Assembly (NCBI GenBank): GCA_012295275.1
Contig: CM022669.1
Location: 10,478,001-10,542,000, forward strand
DNA from: Chrysomallon squamiferum
Lineage: Eukaryota; Animalia; Mollusca
DNA length: 64,000 nt
Direction: 5' to 3'
Below the pieces are notes generated by a model, which was not told where the DNA came from, made no database searches, and saw nothing but the letters and a program-made list of their open reading frames with translations. Positions 12,533 through 25,283 of this stretch are shown piece after piece; position 1 is the stretch's first letter, and each line of letters starts with the position of its first letter. A program made the translations under genes and the position numbers.

Positions 12533-13292
12533 TCAGTTTCCGAGAATAATAGAGTTAAATGTTGGTGGACGCGTTTTCAGCACATCTTTACTGACATTAA
12601 CGAAGAACAGAGAGACGATGTTAGGCGCCATGTTCAGTGGAAATTACCAAGTGCAGAGAGACAAAGATGGGCGATATTTCATAGACGCTGACGGAGATAA
12701 CTTCGAGCACATTCTCAGATACCTGCGATTTGGCGACATCCCGCCACCCGACGATATGGAGAAGGTGTACAAGGACGCGGTGTTCTTCGGCTTGACGGAA
12801 CTTACCGAAGAGCTGGAACGGTATCCGCCGATCATGTCACGAATCATGAAGGAAAAATTCAGATCAAGATTTACTGGCTATCACCAAGTTTTCAACAACA
12901 TCATACGGGCAGCGTCCGACACTCGTAACCTAGCGATAAAGACGCCAACATCCAACGTCATCGTTTCCGTGCTTGCTCGGTGGATTAAGCCGGCCGCTGC
13001 CGACTTCGATGTAAATCATGTTTGTAGTTTTGACAAGATTTCCCGCACAAAGTCTACAGCAGACGTCACGATAGGGCCGTGGAACGTAGACACATTCGAG
13101 GATGATTATATTCGCACCCTGCACCAGAACTTAGAGGAACGCGGCTTCGTCGTTGTCTTCAACGTCGTCGGACCGTGTCAGTATCGGTGCGAGCTGATAG
13201 ACGACACTAACACCGCCCGAGTTGACGAGTGCCGCAGAATGTTCTATCGATTTACATTTCACTGGGCTCGATCTCTCACTCCGGTCAAATAA
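11355..13292 (+). CDS. KCTD7: BTB/POZ (T1-type) domain protein, KCTD7/KCTD14-like, 2 coding exons, 260 aa
   Basis: Exon 1 11355-11381 (MGEGQQISE, donor GTAGGT, phase 0) joined to exon 2 12537-13292 (acceptor TTTCAG). FPRIIELNVGGRVFSTSLLTL...TMLGAMFSG...DGRYFIDADG..F.HILRYLRFGDIPP is a KCTD BTB domain. The C-terminal DVTIGPW...L...L..RGF...C...C.R.FY.FTFHW matches the recalled KCTD7/14 C-terminal domain (DVSFGPW...CKRPIYEFKITWW). Exon 1 is less certain than exon 2. Confidence 0.88.
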
Positions 13293-15112
13293 CATTTTAG
13301 TAAATTATGATGAATATAAATTTTAGGTCTTGTGAAATTATGTACAACCACGCCTTTTTAGTCAAGTAGAATAGGACTGTAGAACAAATAAGGAAAGCAA
13401 AAAAAAAAAAAAAAACTTATTTTTTGTGACGCACAAAAAAAAAAAAAAAAAAAAAAAATCTCTCACACAAATCCAACAAAATGATATGGAAATACAACTC
13501 GGGGCAAAAGAAGGGCAACTGTGCCACGGAATTCGGGCAAAACAGTGAAGAAAATTTGGTGGAAACAAGAAGAAAATGGTACTTGTGTTTTTATTTGCTT
13601 ACAATTTTGGCCAAATCAACTTGAGCGCCTGTCAAAAGAATGATCAAACACACATTGTCTCAGGGATATTACGTGGAGATTCATCATCTAATAGTTTTTA
13701 CTAAAGTGCATCTATGATGGTTAGAACAAATTACTGTTTTATGAATTTCCTTCAGTAAAATAACATTTATTTATTTATTTATTTATTTATTTATTTTATT
13801 ATACTTCGATGTCCACATTTTCCCTTTCATAATAATTTTATGTCACTCTGCATGTGAAAATGCAGATACACTTAGAAAAGGATTTAAAAAAAAAAAAAAA
13901 AAAAAGACTACAAAAAAAAAAATAATATTAATAATAATAATAAATAAATAAAACAATAAAACTAAATAAAACTAACTAAATTAACTAATTAATAAGGAAG
14001 AAAGAATCTTAAGTGATTAATTGGACTATAAGTTATATATCGATCTGCCTATTCAGAAGCTAGCTGTTTTTATTGTCATTCTATTAGCAAACATTGAAAA
14101 TATATAAATCAATAGCTTGGAAATATATAAAATATATTTACTGTATAAAATGTACCAGTCATCCAAAAATGCACTTTTAAAAATGAGTGTTTAACAGATC
14201 CTTTTTTTATCTGTATTACATTAATAAAATCAGATTCTTTATTAATTAATTAATTAATTAATTTATTTATAATTTTTATTATTATTATTATTATAGCTTT
14301 TTAAAAATTATTTTTAGTTATTTATCATTTAATGACCGCTATTTTATTTCATATCACTTTTATAAACTCAGGTGGAATTTTATCATTTAACGTCATGGTT
14401 GTTGTTGTCTTTTTATCTTTTATACATATTTTTACTTCTTTACATTGTGCTTATTTTTAGCCATTATATTAATTTTAATTTCAGTATTTTGCTGATTTTT
14501 GTATATTGTGTTTTTCTACAAACGTCTGCATTTGTAATTGTTTGTCTGAACCACCCATAGAGTGCGTATGTACTATAGTTGAAATGTGTTAGTGGCGCAA
14601 AGAAAGTGGACGGTCTCACTTTGGAGAAAAGGGGTGTTCGGGAGGGGTGCAGTGATTAAAATATAATAAAAATGTAAATGTTGGAAGGGATTAGATAAAC
14701 CTGATTCCTGCGCATACGTACTTTATCGAAGGCCATGCTATTATAATTTTGTCTTGTATGTCTTATCAGTTGAAAATATAGTTTAGATAATTAAAATATG
14801 ACTTTGTTTTATTTATTGTCTATAATCACAAAGATAAAAGAAGAAAAAAGGTAAAGGAAACAGCAGCAAAAAATAGGAAAAAGAAAACAGCATAAAAAAA
14901 AAATCTCTTTCGCATACAAAACACACACCAAACCTCACGAAATACGTACGTGTATATTCAAACAAATGTCTGTAGACGTGAACACTTTCTTGATGACTGG
15001 GTTGACAGGAGGAAGGGTAATGGAGATGAAAACAGATGAGTCAGGAATCGGCGGCCTCCTATCTCTAAATTTGAAGAATCGATACCCTACTACCATCTAC
15101 AACAACTAACTA

Positions 15113-15151
<39 letters not shown>

Positions 15152-15327
15152 ATAATAATAATAATAGCATTAATAATAATAAAATAAAATAAAGAGAAGA
15201 AATAATAAAAAATATTCGATTTTCTATCAGTACATAACAACAAACCCAAAGCAACAAACAACAAATAACAAACATCTACCCATTCAAAAAAAAAAAAAAA
15301 AAAAAAAAAAACAGCACAAGAAAACAC

Positions 15328-15396
<69 letters not shown>

Positions 15397-15965
15397 TGAT
15401 CATGATGATGATGAATGCAATTTGTACATACACTTATACGAATTCGTGATTGGATGTCCCTGCAATGTTTTTCTCTTTTTCCCTTCACTATCGACGTTTT
15501 TTCTTTTTCATAAAACTCGTTATATCTTGAAAGTCTCATTCAGCACAAAGACAGAGTCCTTTTTTTTCTGAAATCCTTTATTACCCAGGCTTTATGTGAG
15601 TATTTGTAGCAATCAACATAGTTAAATTAACCTGAAATTGTTCCTAATTTGCATGTGACGTCAACACAATACTTTGACGTAACGGCTTGCGAGAATAAAT
15701 TTCGGTCACATATTTAATGCGCTATTTTTGGCGGTGCGAACATAAATTATTTCATGTCTAAATATATTTTATAACTTTAGCTAGTATTATTTCAAACACA
15801 TAGATACAGAGACCTAACGCACGGGTAGTTTGAGCACAGTTTGCGTACTTTAATATTATAGTTTTATTTGTTACAATAGCAAATAAACTTTATAAAATAT
15901 GTGCACGTCTTTGCATATATGTGTGTTTTTGTGTGTGTGTGTATGTAAACAGTAAAAAAATTTAA

Positions 15966-16047
<82 letters not shown>

Positions 16048-16554
16048 TATTAAAGTGTATTTTTCCTTTTATCGCAGTGTCATTTCGTATAGAAAAATAA
16101 CATATAAATATATGTATATTCCATAGCCTTTCTAAGATTATCAGTTTTTTTCGAAACAAAGGTGATCACATAACAATACGTAAATAGTATATCACTGAGC
16201 AACTCGGTACATCATCCATGTCTTTAAAACACCAACTGCTAGCAACTTATATTGAATATAAATATTATAAATATTAAATGCAAATATTAAATGTAAGTTA
16301 AATATTTAAATTACATATCGTCAGTATAAAGTTATGGTACGAGTACAGGCTAAATCAATACAACCATATTATTAATGAAATGGTTTGCGAGATTAGATGT
16401 AAATTAATAAAGCTGAAATGCCCGGTGCTTATTTTTACCTGTTTCTCATTATTTACCTGTTTTGTTAATCTGGTGAACAGAGCAAATTACATTGTAAGGC
16501 TGAGTCTTTGGTCACCTACCATCTCGTGCACTTTATCGCAAAATTGGTTTATCA

Positions 16555-16599
<45 letters not shown>

Positions 16600-16639
16600 T
16601 ATTTTTTTAAAATTTAAAATTTTATTTTTTTAAATTATT

Positions 16640-16673
<34 letters not shown>

Positions 16674-18122
16674 CAAATTTTGAGAATACTGGCACAGCGT
16701 ATCTTTGCAGTATGGTAATACTTAAACAATACATCATCAAAAAATGGCCCTATAATCACCAGCGTGACACAGAATAACATCAACAGACAAATAACCAGAT
16801 TAACTTTAATTTTCCTAGACGTTAAGAAAAAAGAAGAAAAAACTCGTATAGACGTAATAACATGTCGCGCATTAAGCTGTTGACACGAGCCGCGTCTGAT
16901 TGCAGGATCTCTTTCTGTCAAGTAACAGACAAAGTAGAATCTATTCCATTGTTGAGCTTAGCTCGGTGATGATGTTTCAGTGGTAAGATGCCGGGCTGGG
17001 TTTCTCTTCATGTCTTATTTATTCAGGAGTCTCGAGAGTTGAAAATCTCACACAAAGGTGAGAGATCGACTAGCGGTACCGCTGCAGACAGAAAATAAAA
17101 TAATCAGATTTACGGCTTTCGTTATTAATGCTGGACTTCCAACAGAAGATGTTCAAGTGAGAAGATACTGCAGTATAAACCGTCTTGTTCTTCTATAGTA
17201 AACGATTGCTTGTATTAGGTCATATAAAACCAACACCGTTGTTTTTATTTTTTACTGCTACCATATTAATCATCTCGCTTTTCCTGAATATATAATTAGT
17301 TCTACTATGACCATATAACCAATTAGAATAAATAATTGCTTCCACTAATAATATTTAAACAATACTTTTTTTTTTCTAAATGAATAATTACGTCTACTAC
17401 TATCTTAAAAATAAAGTCGTTCTTCCAGCATAATTAATTGTTTTTACAACTGTCATATAAGCAAGACGTTCTTCGTACACAAGTAATTAGTTCTGATACT
17501 TGTAACAGTTCGTTCTTCTGAAGTACATCATAACCACTGTTACTAAACCAGCACCACATTAATCAAAAGCTTCTAAAATACACTATTAACTCTACTACCT
17601 TCATATAAACCAATAACTGCTACTACAACTTCAGCAGCAACAACAACAACTTCTGCCTCTGCATTACTGCGTCCTTCTTTCTATCACATTTTCTTTGTTT
17701 TACACACACGCACACACACATACGTACACACATACACACGCACACATACACACATACACGCACACACACACACACACACACACGCTTTCAAATACACACT
17801 AAAAAGCATACCAGCCTATGGAAACAAACAAAGACATACGCACAAACAAAGACATACACACAAACACAGACACACAAATACACAGACAATCACACCGATT
17901 TTAATCAAAGAATTTCTAATCAGAAGCGCTAAGAGCGAGAGTACATGCATATTAACAGAAGAGTACGCAGTATACCTGATACAGGTTAATGAAGCCTGGC
18001 ATTCTGTGGCTTACAATTACAATATTGATCTCTAGTAATGAGATATCTATAACTGCGAAAGCAGATGGTATTTAGTCTTTAGTAATGGAAGCTAATATGT
18101 CCCCAGGCCTGCACACACTGTC

Positions 18123-18158
<36 letters not shown>

Positions 18159-18185
18159 ATAATAAGAAGAAGAAGAAGAAGAAAG

Positions 18186-18218
<33 letters not shown>

Positions 18219-19029
18219 AAAACGAGTAGATTGATAAATTAAATAATAATCTTACCACTGCTGCAACAACAGTTTCGATAACTGTCGCAACTACTACTAC
18301 TGATACTACTGCTGCTACCACTACCACTACTACTACTACTATTCACGTTTCCGTTTCAGTTGCTAATGACTTGGCCTCTTTCTGTTTCATCAGTGATACA
18401 TCACAGAAATATTAATAATAAAACTGTTATGATCAGTTACGCCTAGTACTAGTAGTAGTGCTGTTTCCCTTTCATCCATTGTCTCACGAATCTGAGGTGA
18501 TGGTGAGGGATTTGGTTTCAGTGCCAAAGCGTTTGGAAAAGATAGCTTGCTGCTAATCAATAAAAGTCGTCTATATGGAGAGTGTAGATAACAACAACAG
18601 CAACAACAATAAATGAATAAATGAATAAATAAATAAATATTAATATAAATAAATAAATAAATATTAAAATAAATAAATAAATAAATAGATAAAAAATATA
18701 TAATAAATAAATAAGTAAAAAATATATAAATAAATAAAATATTGAAGAAAAAAAAAAGAAAAAACATATAATAATTTCAAAAAGTACCAAAAATACTTAA
18801 TGCATAATAAAACTCATTAATACAACATCTGTTGATATAGTTAAGGAGATATTCATTCATTCATTCATTTATTTACATTTATTCATTGTCCACTTTCAAC
18901 TTTGAATCTTATATACGGGATGGATTTAATTATTCTAATATTTGTTTATTTTTTTTTTTTTTAATTATTTTTTTATCTTATTCTGTTCTCTTCGCTTCCT
19001 TCACCTCAATGTCCATCATCTCTCGATTC

Positions 19030-19600
19030 ACTTCAGATTAATCCCGACCCAGTTTGTCCGGTCCAGCTCTTCCAGCTCTGTGTACTTGACGACGAGTCCG
19101 CCACTTTCACTGGCGTTCGGGCTGACACTCAGAATAACATTTTATTACTTCACCAATCTCTGACATCCGATGTACTCGACAGTTGTAGTAATTGGAGCAT
19201 TTTTCGCCGTACTCTGGATTTACTCTGGCATTGAGGGTGATGACCTGCACCACGTCAACTCCCTTTTCTCGGCAGATTTCAGCTCTCGGAGATACCATGA
19301 CATTAACTGTCAGTTTATAATTTAAAAAAAAAAAAATAATAAAATAAAATAAAATGCCATGAGTGGTTATGTTGGACACGAGGTCTTTAAAAAGTAGGCA
19401 AGGGTATTGTAGTGTCTTTGGCGTTCAGACACTCCGCCGCCATAGTGACCTACATTGTTAAACGAATATCTGCCATTTTGTAACCGGGGCCACGGTGACA
19501 ACGTGAAGAGTGCTGGTACATTTGACAAACGCGAGAATGTTTTCTTTCCATTTTTTTTTTTCATCTTGAATCCTTGTTCGACAGTTGTCGCTGGAAGCAA
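19030..19600 (-). mobile_element. Decayed RTE-like LINE, ORF2 C-terminal fragment
   Basis: Minus-strand frames give GRYSFNNVGHY...RHYNTLAYFLKTS, then AEICREKGVDVVQVI...RVHRMSEIGEVIKCYSECQPERQ*KWRTR, then ELEELDRTNWVGI. These resemble, in order, the RTE C-terminal blocks (NEEIR..TGV.DI; GHV.RM...R.PK.....PEG.R.RGRP; AQDR..WR). Frameshifted; a GC-richer island in AT-rich flanks. Confidence 0.5.
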
Positions 19601-19649
19601 CAAAGAATTCCTAAAACAATCGTTTGAGAACGGCTAATGGTTGAGAATT

Positions 19650-20350
19650 TCTAGAACGAAAAGCCTCATATTATTATAGATTTCCAGAATGCGACCCGGC
19701 TGTTCTGTTGATCTGTAGACATATTATATTATTATAACATTACTTTACAAGTAGCAGGTGGAATAATGAAATCATAGCTCGCAAAGCCTCGTATTAGACT
19801 TACTTCCAGAGTGTGACCTGCCTGTTCTGTCGACATTATGTAGCACTAGTTTACAAATAGTATGTAGTGTAATACATTCCTCGTACGCGAAGAGTCATAT
19901 TAGAACAAAATTCTAGAAACTGACTCTTCTGTTCTGTTGACCTGTAGACAACATTTTACAAGTAGTAAGTCATATACTAAATTCCTAGTATGCAACAGCT
20001 TGTATTATACAGAAAGTGACCTTGCTGTTATGTTGACCTTTAGATATATTAAATCATTATAACATTACTTTACAAGTAGTATGTGATACACTGAACTTCT
20101 AGTACGTCAAGGCTCGTATTTTATTGATTTCTAGAATGTGACGTGGCTGTTAATTTTTCCTGTACACATATTATATAATATAACATTACTTTCAAAGTAG
20201 TTTATGACATAATGATTTAATAGTACGCGAATACTCGTTCTTTTTAACAAAGTTCAGTACAGATAATATTCAACAGTACTCTGTATACAGTAGAATTTTT
20301 ATAAAGTTTTTAGAAATGTGAATTTTTCTGTTTTGTTGTCCTGCAAACAC
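19650..20350. repeat. Degenerate ~110-125 bp tandem repeat, about 5-6 copies
   Basis: Recurring blocks AGAATGTGACC.GCTGTTCTGTTGACCTGTAGACA, ATAACATTACTTTACAAGTAG and TAGTACGC.AAGCCTCGTATT, near 19687, 19808, 19915, 20011 and 20134. Confidence 0.85.
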
Positions 20351-20646
20351 TTCGGCGTGTGTTGATTTACATAGACTTGTATTTAAACACTGTAGTATTT
20401 ATCATCTGTTCTACAGAACCTTTCTAAGCTACTAATTTAAGAAATAATGACTTTCTTTGACGCGAAGAATTTATTGCTTACAGACTGCAGTATAATTATA
20501 GAAAAATGTTTGAAGTATCTTTTCTGTTGACTATGAAAAGTTAGAGTGTATTATGACTCAGCAAAAAACCCCACAAACCACTCAACAAAAATAACATTAA
20601 AAAAATATACAAAAAAACAACAACACACACATACACACAAAAACCC

Positions 20647-20726
<80 letters not shown>

Positions 20727-20984
20727 AAAAAAAAAAAAATAAAATAAAAAAAAAAAATTAAAAAATAAAATAAAATAAATATATAAATAAATAAATAAAT
20801 AAATAAATAAAAATAAATAAATAATTAAAAGATACAATAAAATAAATGATATTCTTCAAATACAACAGGATATTCTTTCAATATACATGTACATTTTTTA
20901 CTGATGTACAATTCGAAATTACTTTAAAAAAAACAACAAGAAAAAACCCGGAACATTAACGTGAAAGCTATATTTCAAAGCTGT

Positions 20985-21330
20985 TAAATTTCTCCGATGT
21001 CAAGTACCTTACAAAGATTACGGAACGCTATTCTGAAGACCACTTTGATTTCTACGACCGCACGCGCTTTAGCGAATGTTATTGGAAAGAAATCCCAACG
21101 TACATGACGCACCCATATTACTGATTTAAAACATTCCGTTTACATCTGATTGAAAAACCTCTTTACAAGCATGGAGTAGTCTGGAGACGCTACGAAGAAA
21201 ATTGCTCATTCAGCTTCTGGTTTGAAGTCTGCGTAGACAGGATCGAGAGAAACTCTACCAGGAAGTTTTCTGTCGATGTTGACCCATTTTCTTGAGCTGC
21301 GACTCATCTTCACGAACGAATCCTATCAGA
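20985..21330 (-). mobile_element. Decayed non-LTR retrotransposon (RTE-like LINE), reverse-transcriptase fragment
   Basis: Minus-strand frame with stops: ...RKWVNIDRKLPGRVSLDPVYADFKPEAE*...QM*TECFKSVIWVRH...FPITFAKA...FRNLCKVLDIGEI*. It loosely follows the LINE RT motif order (FIDFKxAYD ... SEPFxxxxGVRQG..LSP.LF ... YADD). Catalytic motifs are destroyed. Recognised by eye only. Confidence 0.45.
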
Positions 21331-22023
21331 AAGACGAATTATTCTGAAATTTCTAAAGAATATTGTGGACACAGCATGACACTAATAAACACTTCTTGTC
21401 CCCAGAGTCTCGAGTTACATATTAGTTAATCCTCCACAGAAATGTGTTTCCTCAAACAGTATAAAGTACAGATATTATTGCTAGCTTTGTTGACTGTGCT
21501 GTTACTACACAACCACAGCAATCATCACTAACAGAACAGGAATTACTGTATCAAGTACAGTTAACACTACAATAGTTTATCTCACAATAACAATTGTTAT
21601 TACCAATATTGCCACTGTTTCAGTAACTGCTGATAGTACTACAACAACAACAACAACAACTACTACTACTACTATTTCAATAACTATTCCTATTACTACT
21701 ACTACTATTATTACTACTACAGCTAATTGCTGTTACCACTACCACTACCACTGCTGTAGTTACACTACTACTACTGCTGCAAATATACTTCTACTACAGC
21801 TGCTAGAACTTGAACGTCTAACTGCCGTTAACCATTATCACTCCAGCAACGACTGCCATCACTGTGATTAGGAATGTTAATATCAGTTAATCCTGTACAG
21901 AAATATATTTCTTTATACATTATAAAGTATTGATCTTATTACTAACAGTATTATACTACTGTTACTATACACCTATTACCACTATAATTACGAATAATAT
22001 TATGATATTTATTCATCTGGATG

Positions 22024-22054
<31 letters not shown>

Positions 22055-22424
22055 GTATGTATACACACAAACAACCATACAAACACAGACACACAAACAT
22101 AAAAGAAAAGAAAAAGATGAAAAAAAAAAAAAAGAAGAAGAGAAAACAAAAGAGAAATTGTTTTTTTGATATTTCTCTGTGAATTTTGTTTTACGTTACA
22201 GATTCTGAAAAAAATTCACCAGCCTCGAGTCGTGCTGTCATCCAGAATTAATACGAGTAAAATTAAAAAGATCGATCTTGCTTCCCGTCTCTAAATAATC
22301 ACTACTTGTCTTTTCAGGATTAAATAAAAAAAGAAGAAAGAAAGAGGTATAGACAGATAAGAGAGACAGATAGATAGATAAATAGATAGATAGATAGATA
22401 GATAGATAAACGGATACATAGACG

Positions 22425-22473
<49 letters not shown>

Positions 22474-22640
22474 AAAGTTAGACATAAGAACCAATTTTGA
22501 AATACATTTTGCATTTCCAAAACTTGTCATATCTGTCCGTCATATACTTGTTTTGATGTTTTGATCTTATTTCAGTGATATTTAATAAAACATATTTGTA
22601 CTTCGGTAGTAAATAATATGTCTTCACACACACACGTACA

Positions 22641-22704
<64 letters not shown>

Positions 22705-22706
<2 letters not shown>

Positions 22707-23437
22707 GTGGTACCCCGACTTACGAGTGCCCCAACTTACGAGTTTTTCGAGTTATGAGCAGTCGCATGATAGATTTTTCTGTTTGAGTTACAAACGAGCT
22801 TCAGGTACGCCGCCGCTAGTTGGCGCAACGAACAACACAACATCCGCCCAGCATCCCGCTTCTCACTCGCTTACTTGACGTGGTTACCTGGCCGTAGAAG
22901 CATCTCTGTTGAGTTGTGATCGCGTTTTGTACAGTATTTTGCCAGATTCCTTTTTCTGACCATGGATCGTAAGAAAATGAGTGCAAAGAACAGTGCTGTG
23001 AAGACGAAGCGGATGATATCCATTGAATTAAAGCTTGAAATCATAGAAAAACATGACCGAGGTGTGCATGTAGTCGACTTGGCTAGGCAGTGCGAGCGTG
23101 GTACCATACTGAAGCAGAAGGAGTCGATAAAGGCTGTAACTCCAGCCAAAGGTGTTAAAATAATTTGTCTGATCTCCAAGATAAATACACTTTACAAAAC
23201 CAATTTATTTCTTTACATTCTCTTTTATTTTGTTTTTTATACAATATTTGTCAATTATAAATACATTTTTCTTATTTGAAAACATGTTCCAAAAATTGTT
23301 TTAAAAAAAGAAAAAAAATGGGGTAGTTTTGGGGACTGGAACGGATTAATGGTATTTCAGTTAATTTCAGTTGAAAAAATTGATTTGATACACGAGCAAA
23401 TTGGGATACGAGCTCGGTCACGGAACGCATTAAACTC
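22705..23437 (+). mobile_element. Tigger/pogo-family (Tc1/mariner) DNA transposon, internally deleted and right-end truncated
   Basis: Starts TA|CAGTGGTACCCCGACTTACGAG, i.e. a TA target site plus a Tigger-type terminus. ORF 22962-23279 begins with a CENP-B/HTH-psq-like fragment (KRMISIELKLEIIEKHDRGVHVVDLARQ...TILKQKESIK) and has no DDE domain. Ends with the subterminal ...GAGCTCGGTCACGGAACGCATTAAACTC and runs into (TC)n/(TAGA)n without a right inverted repeat. Confidence 0.85.
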
Positions 23438-23456
23438 TCTCTCTCTTTCTCTGTCT

Positions 23457-23530
<74 letters not shown>
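23457..23530. repeat. (TAGA)n microsatellite next to the Tigger right breakpoint
   Basis: Directly visible. Confidence 0.95.
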
Positions 23531-24191
23531 TGATTGATTGATAGACAGACAGACAGGTAGCTAGAAAGATATATTTCATAATTTAATTATTATCAAGAAA
23601 ATTAAGCGGCGACACCAATAATTACGGCGTCATATGCAGAAGAAAAAAAAACGGAACCAACTTTACTTTATTCTTTTGTTCAGTTATTTATTATTTAAAA
23701 GACCCGAGACAAATGTTTTTGTGCTATCAGTGTTTCTTGACGTGCACAAAGCCATCCACAGAATGAGGAAATCCTTTCGTTGGATTTACCATTAGCAACC
23801 AGCTGTTACGCATTTACTCAGTAACGTAGATGTAACGTAATTTGTGTCTGTGACTCTCCATACTGATTACATCTAATCAGATTAATAAATATAGTGAATT
23901 ATTTAAGCCAATACGACAGACACATAACGATGGAGACGTCTAGTAATTTAGATTTCGTTTATATCTGAATGTGTTTGTGTGCGTGCGTGGATGTCTGTTT
24001 TTGTGATCTATATCTGAAGGTGTATGTGTGCTCGTGTATTTGTCTGCGTGCGCGATGTACATTATTCACACGGACGTATCTCTATATATGTATGAAAATA
24101 AGATAAACACACGTATGTGTGTGTATTTGTGTGTGTGTGTATGTGTGTGTGTATATATATGTATATATATATATGTATATATATATATACA

Positions 24192-24414
24192 GAGATTGTC
24201 CGCCAAACCCGTTATTGTCATTCGTTTTTATTCGTTAAAATCCTTCAAAAGTGGCTGTAATAATAACGGCTAAAGCTGACAATATTTTAGATTTACAAGC
24301 AAATCAAACCATACACTCTGACTCTGATTAAAAATAAAGTTTATTTCTTTTGATAACAGAAGAATCAATATAAAATAATAATAATGATAATAACTGAACA
24401 TAAGATTATTCTGA
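24192..24414 (+). repeat. Dispersed repeat family A, copy 1 (~225 bp, followed by (GA)n)
   Basis: AGATTGTCCGCCAAACCCGTTATTGTCATTCG...TTTTAGATTTACAAGCAAATCAAACCATACACTCTGA...AACTGAACATAA is closely matched at 58953-59182. Confidence 0.92.
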
Positions 24415-24416
24415 AA

Positions 24417-24622
<206 letters not shown>

Positions 24623-25243
24623 CAAATACCAAAAACTCTTCTTTCATTTATTCGTTTTTCACAAAGCTGCAGACGTTCTACTTTGTTTTGTCCTGAAAAA
24701 CAAAAACACAAATTTATCTCAAGTTAATATAAATTGTATAATTCGTACTGCCACACAAGGAGATCAGTTACAATGATCAGGAGTAGGAGTAATATTACTA
24801 ATAAAGAAAAAGAGAAAAAGAAAGTAATTCAAAAATATTGGTGAATTTAAAATGTGCACGTGCTGATATGCGCATACCTCTAGTATAAATGTATGTATCT
24901 ATGTATGTATGTAGAAATACCTATATAATATGTATATGTATATGTATATATGTATGTATGTATGTATGTACGTATGTATGTATGTATGTATGTATTTTAA
25001 GATTTGAATGTTCTCTCTGAATAGACTCTGCACTTAGACAATATTCGGGAACACTCTGGCGCAGGAGGACAAAGTCCAATCACGACGTCACAAAACCCAT
25101 CAGATGCCGCTGACGAGACTTGAACGTATGGCACCGTCGGACGAAGATACAGATCGGTATGTATGTGTATATGTGTGTATATATGTATATATGTAAGTAC
25201 GTTTGTATCTTTACATGTATATGTGTGTGTGTGTGTGTGTGTG

Positions 25244-25283
<40 letters not shown>

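Noticed and set aside
12644-13124. Antisense ORFs 12644-12847 and 12930-13124
   Set aside because: Shadow frames of the GC-rich KCTD7 coding exon.
18390-18570. Minus-strand exon-like segment (RLLLISSKLSFPNALALKPNPSPSPQIRETMDERE...) after a TAG acceptor
   Set aside because: No recognisable homology or partner exons; cannot be supported as coding.
20960-21379. Plus-strand frame of ~140 codons broken only by TGA codons (possible selenoprotein, readthrough or endogenous virus)
   Set aside because: No start or splice context, no recognisable family and no SECIS seen. It is better explained as the antisense shadow of the decayed LINE frame on the minus strand.
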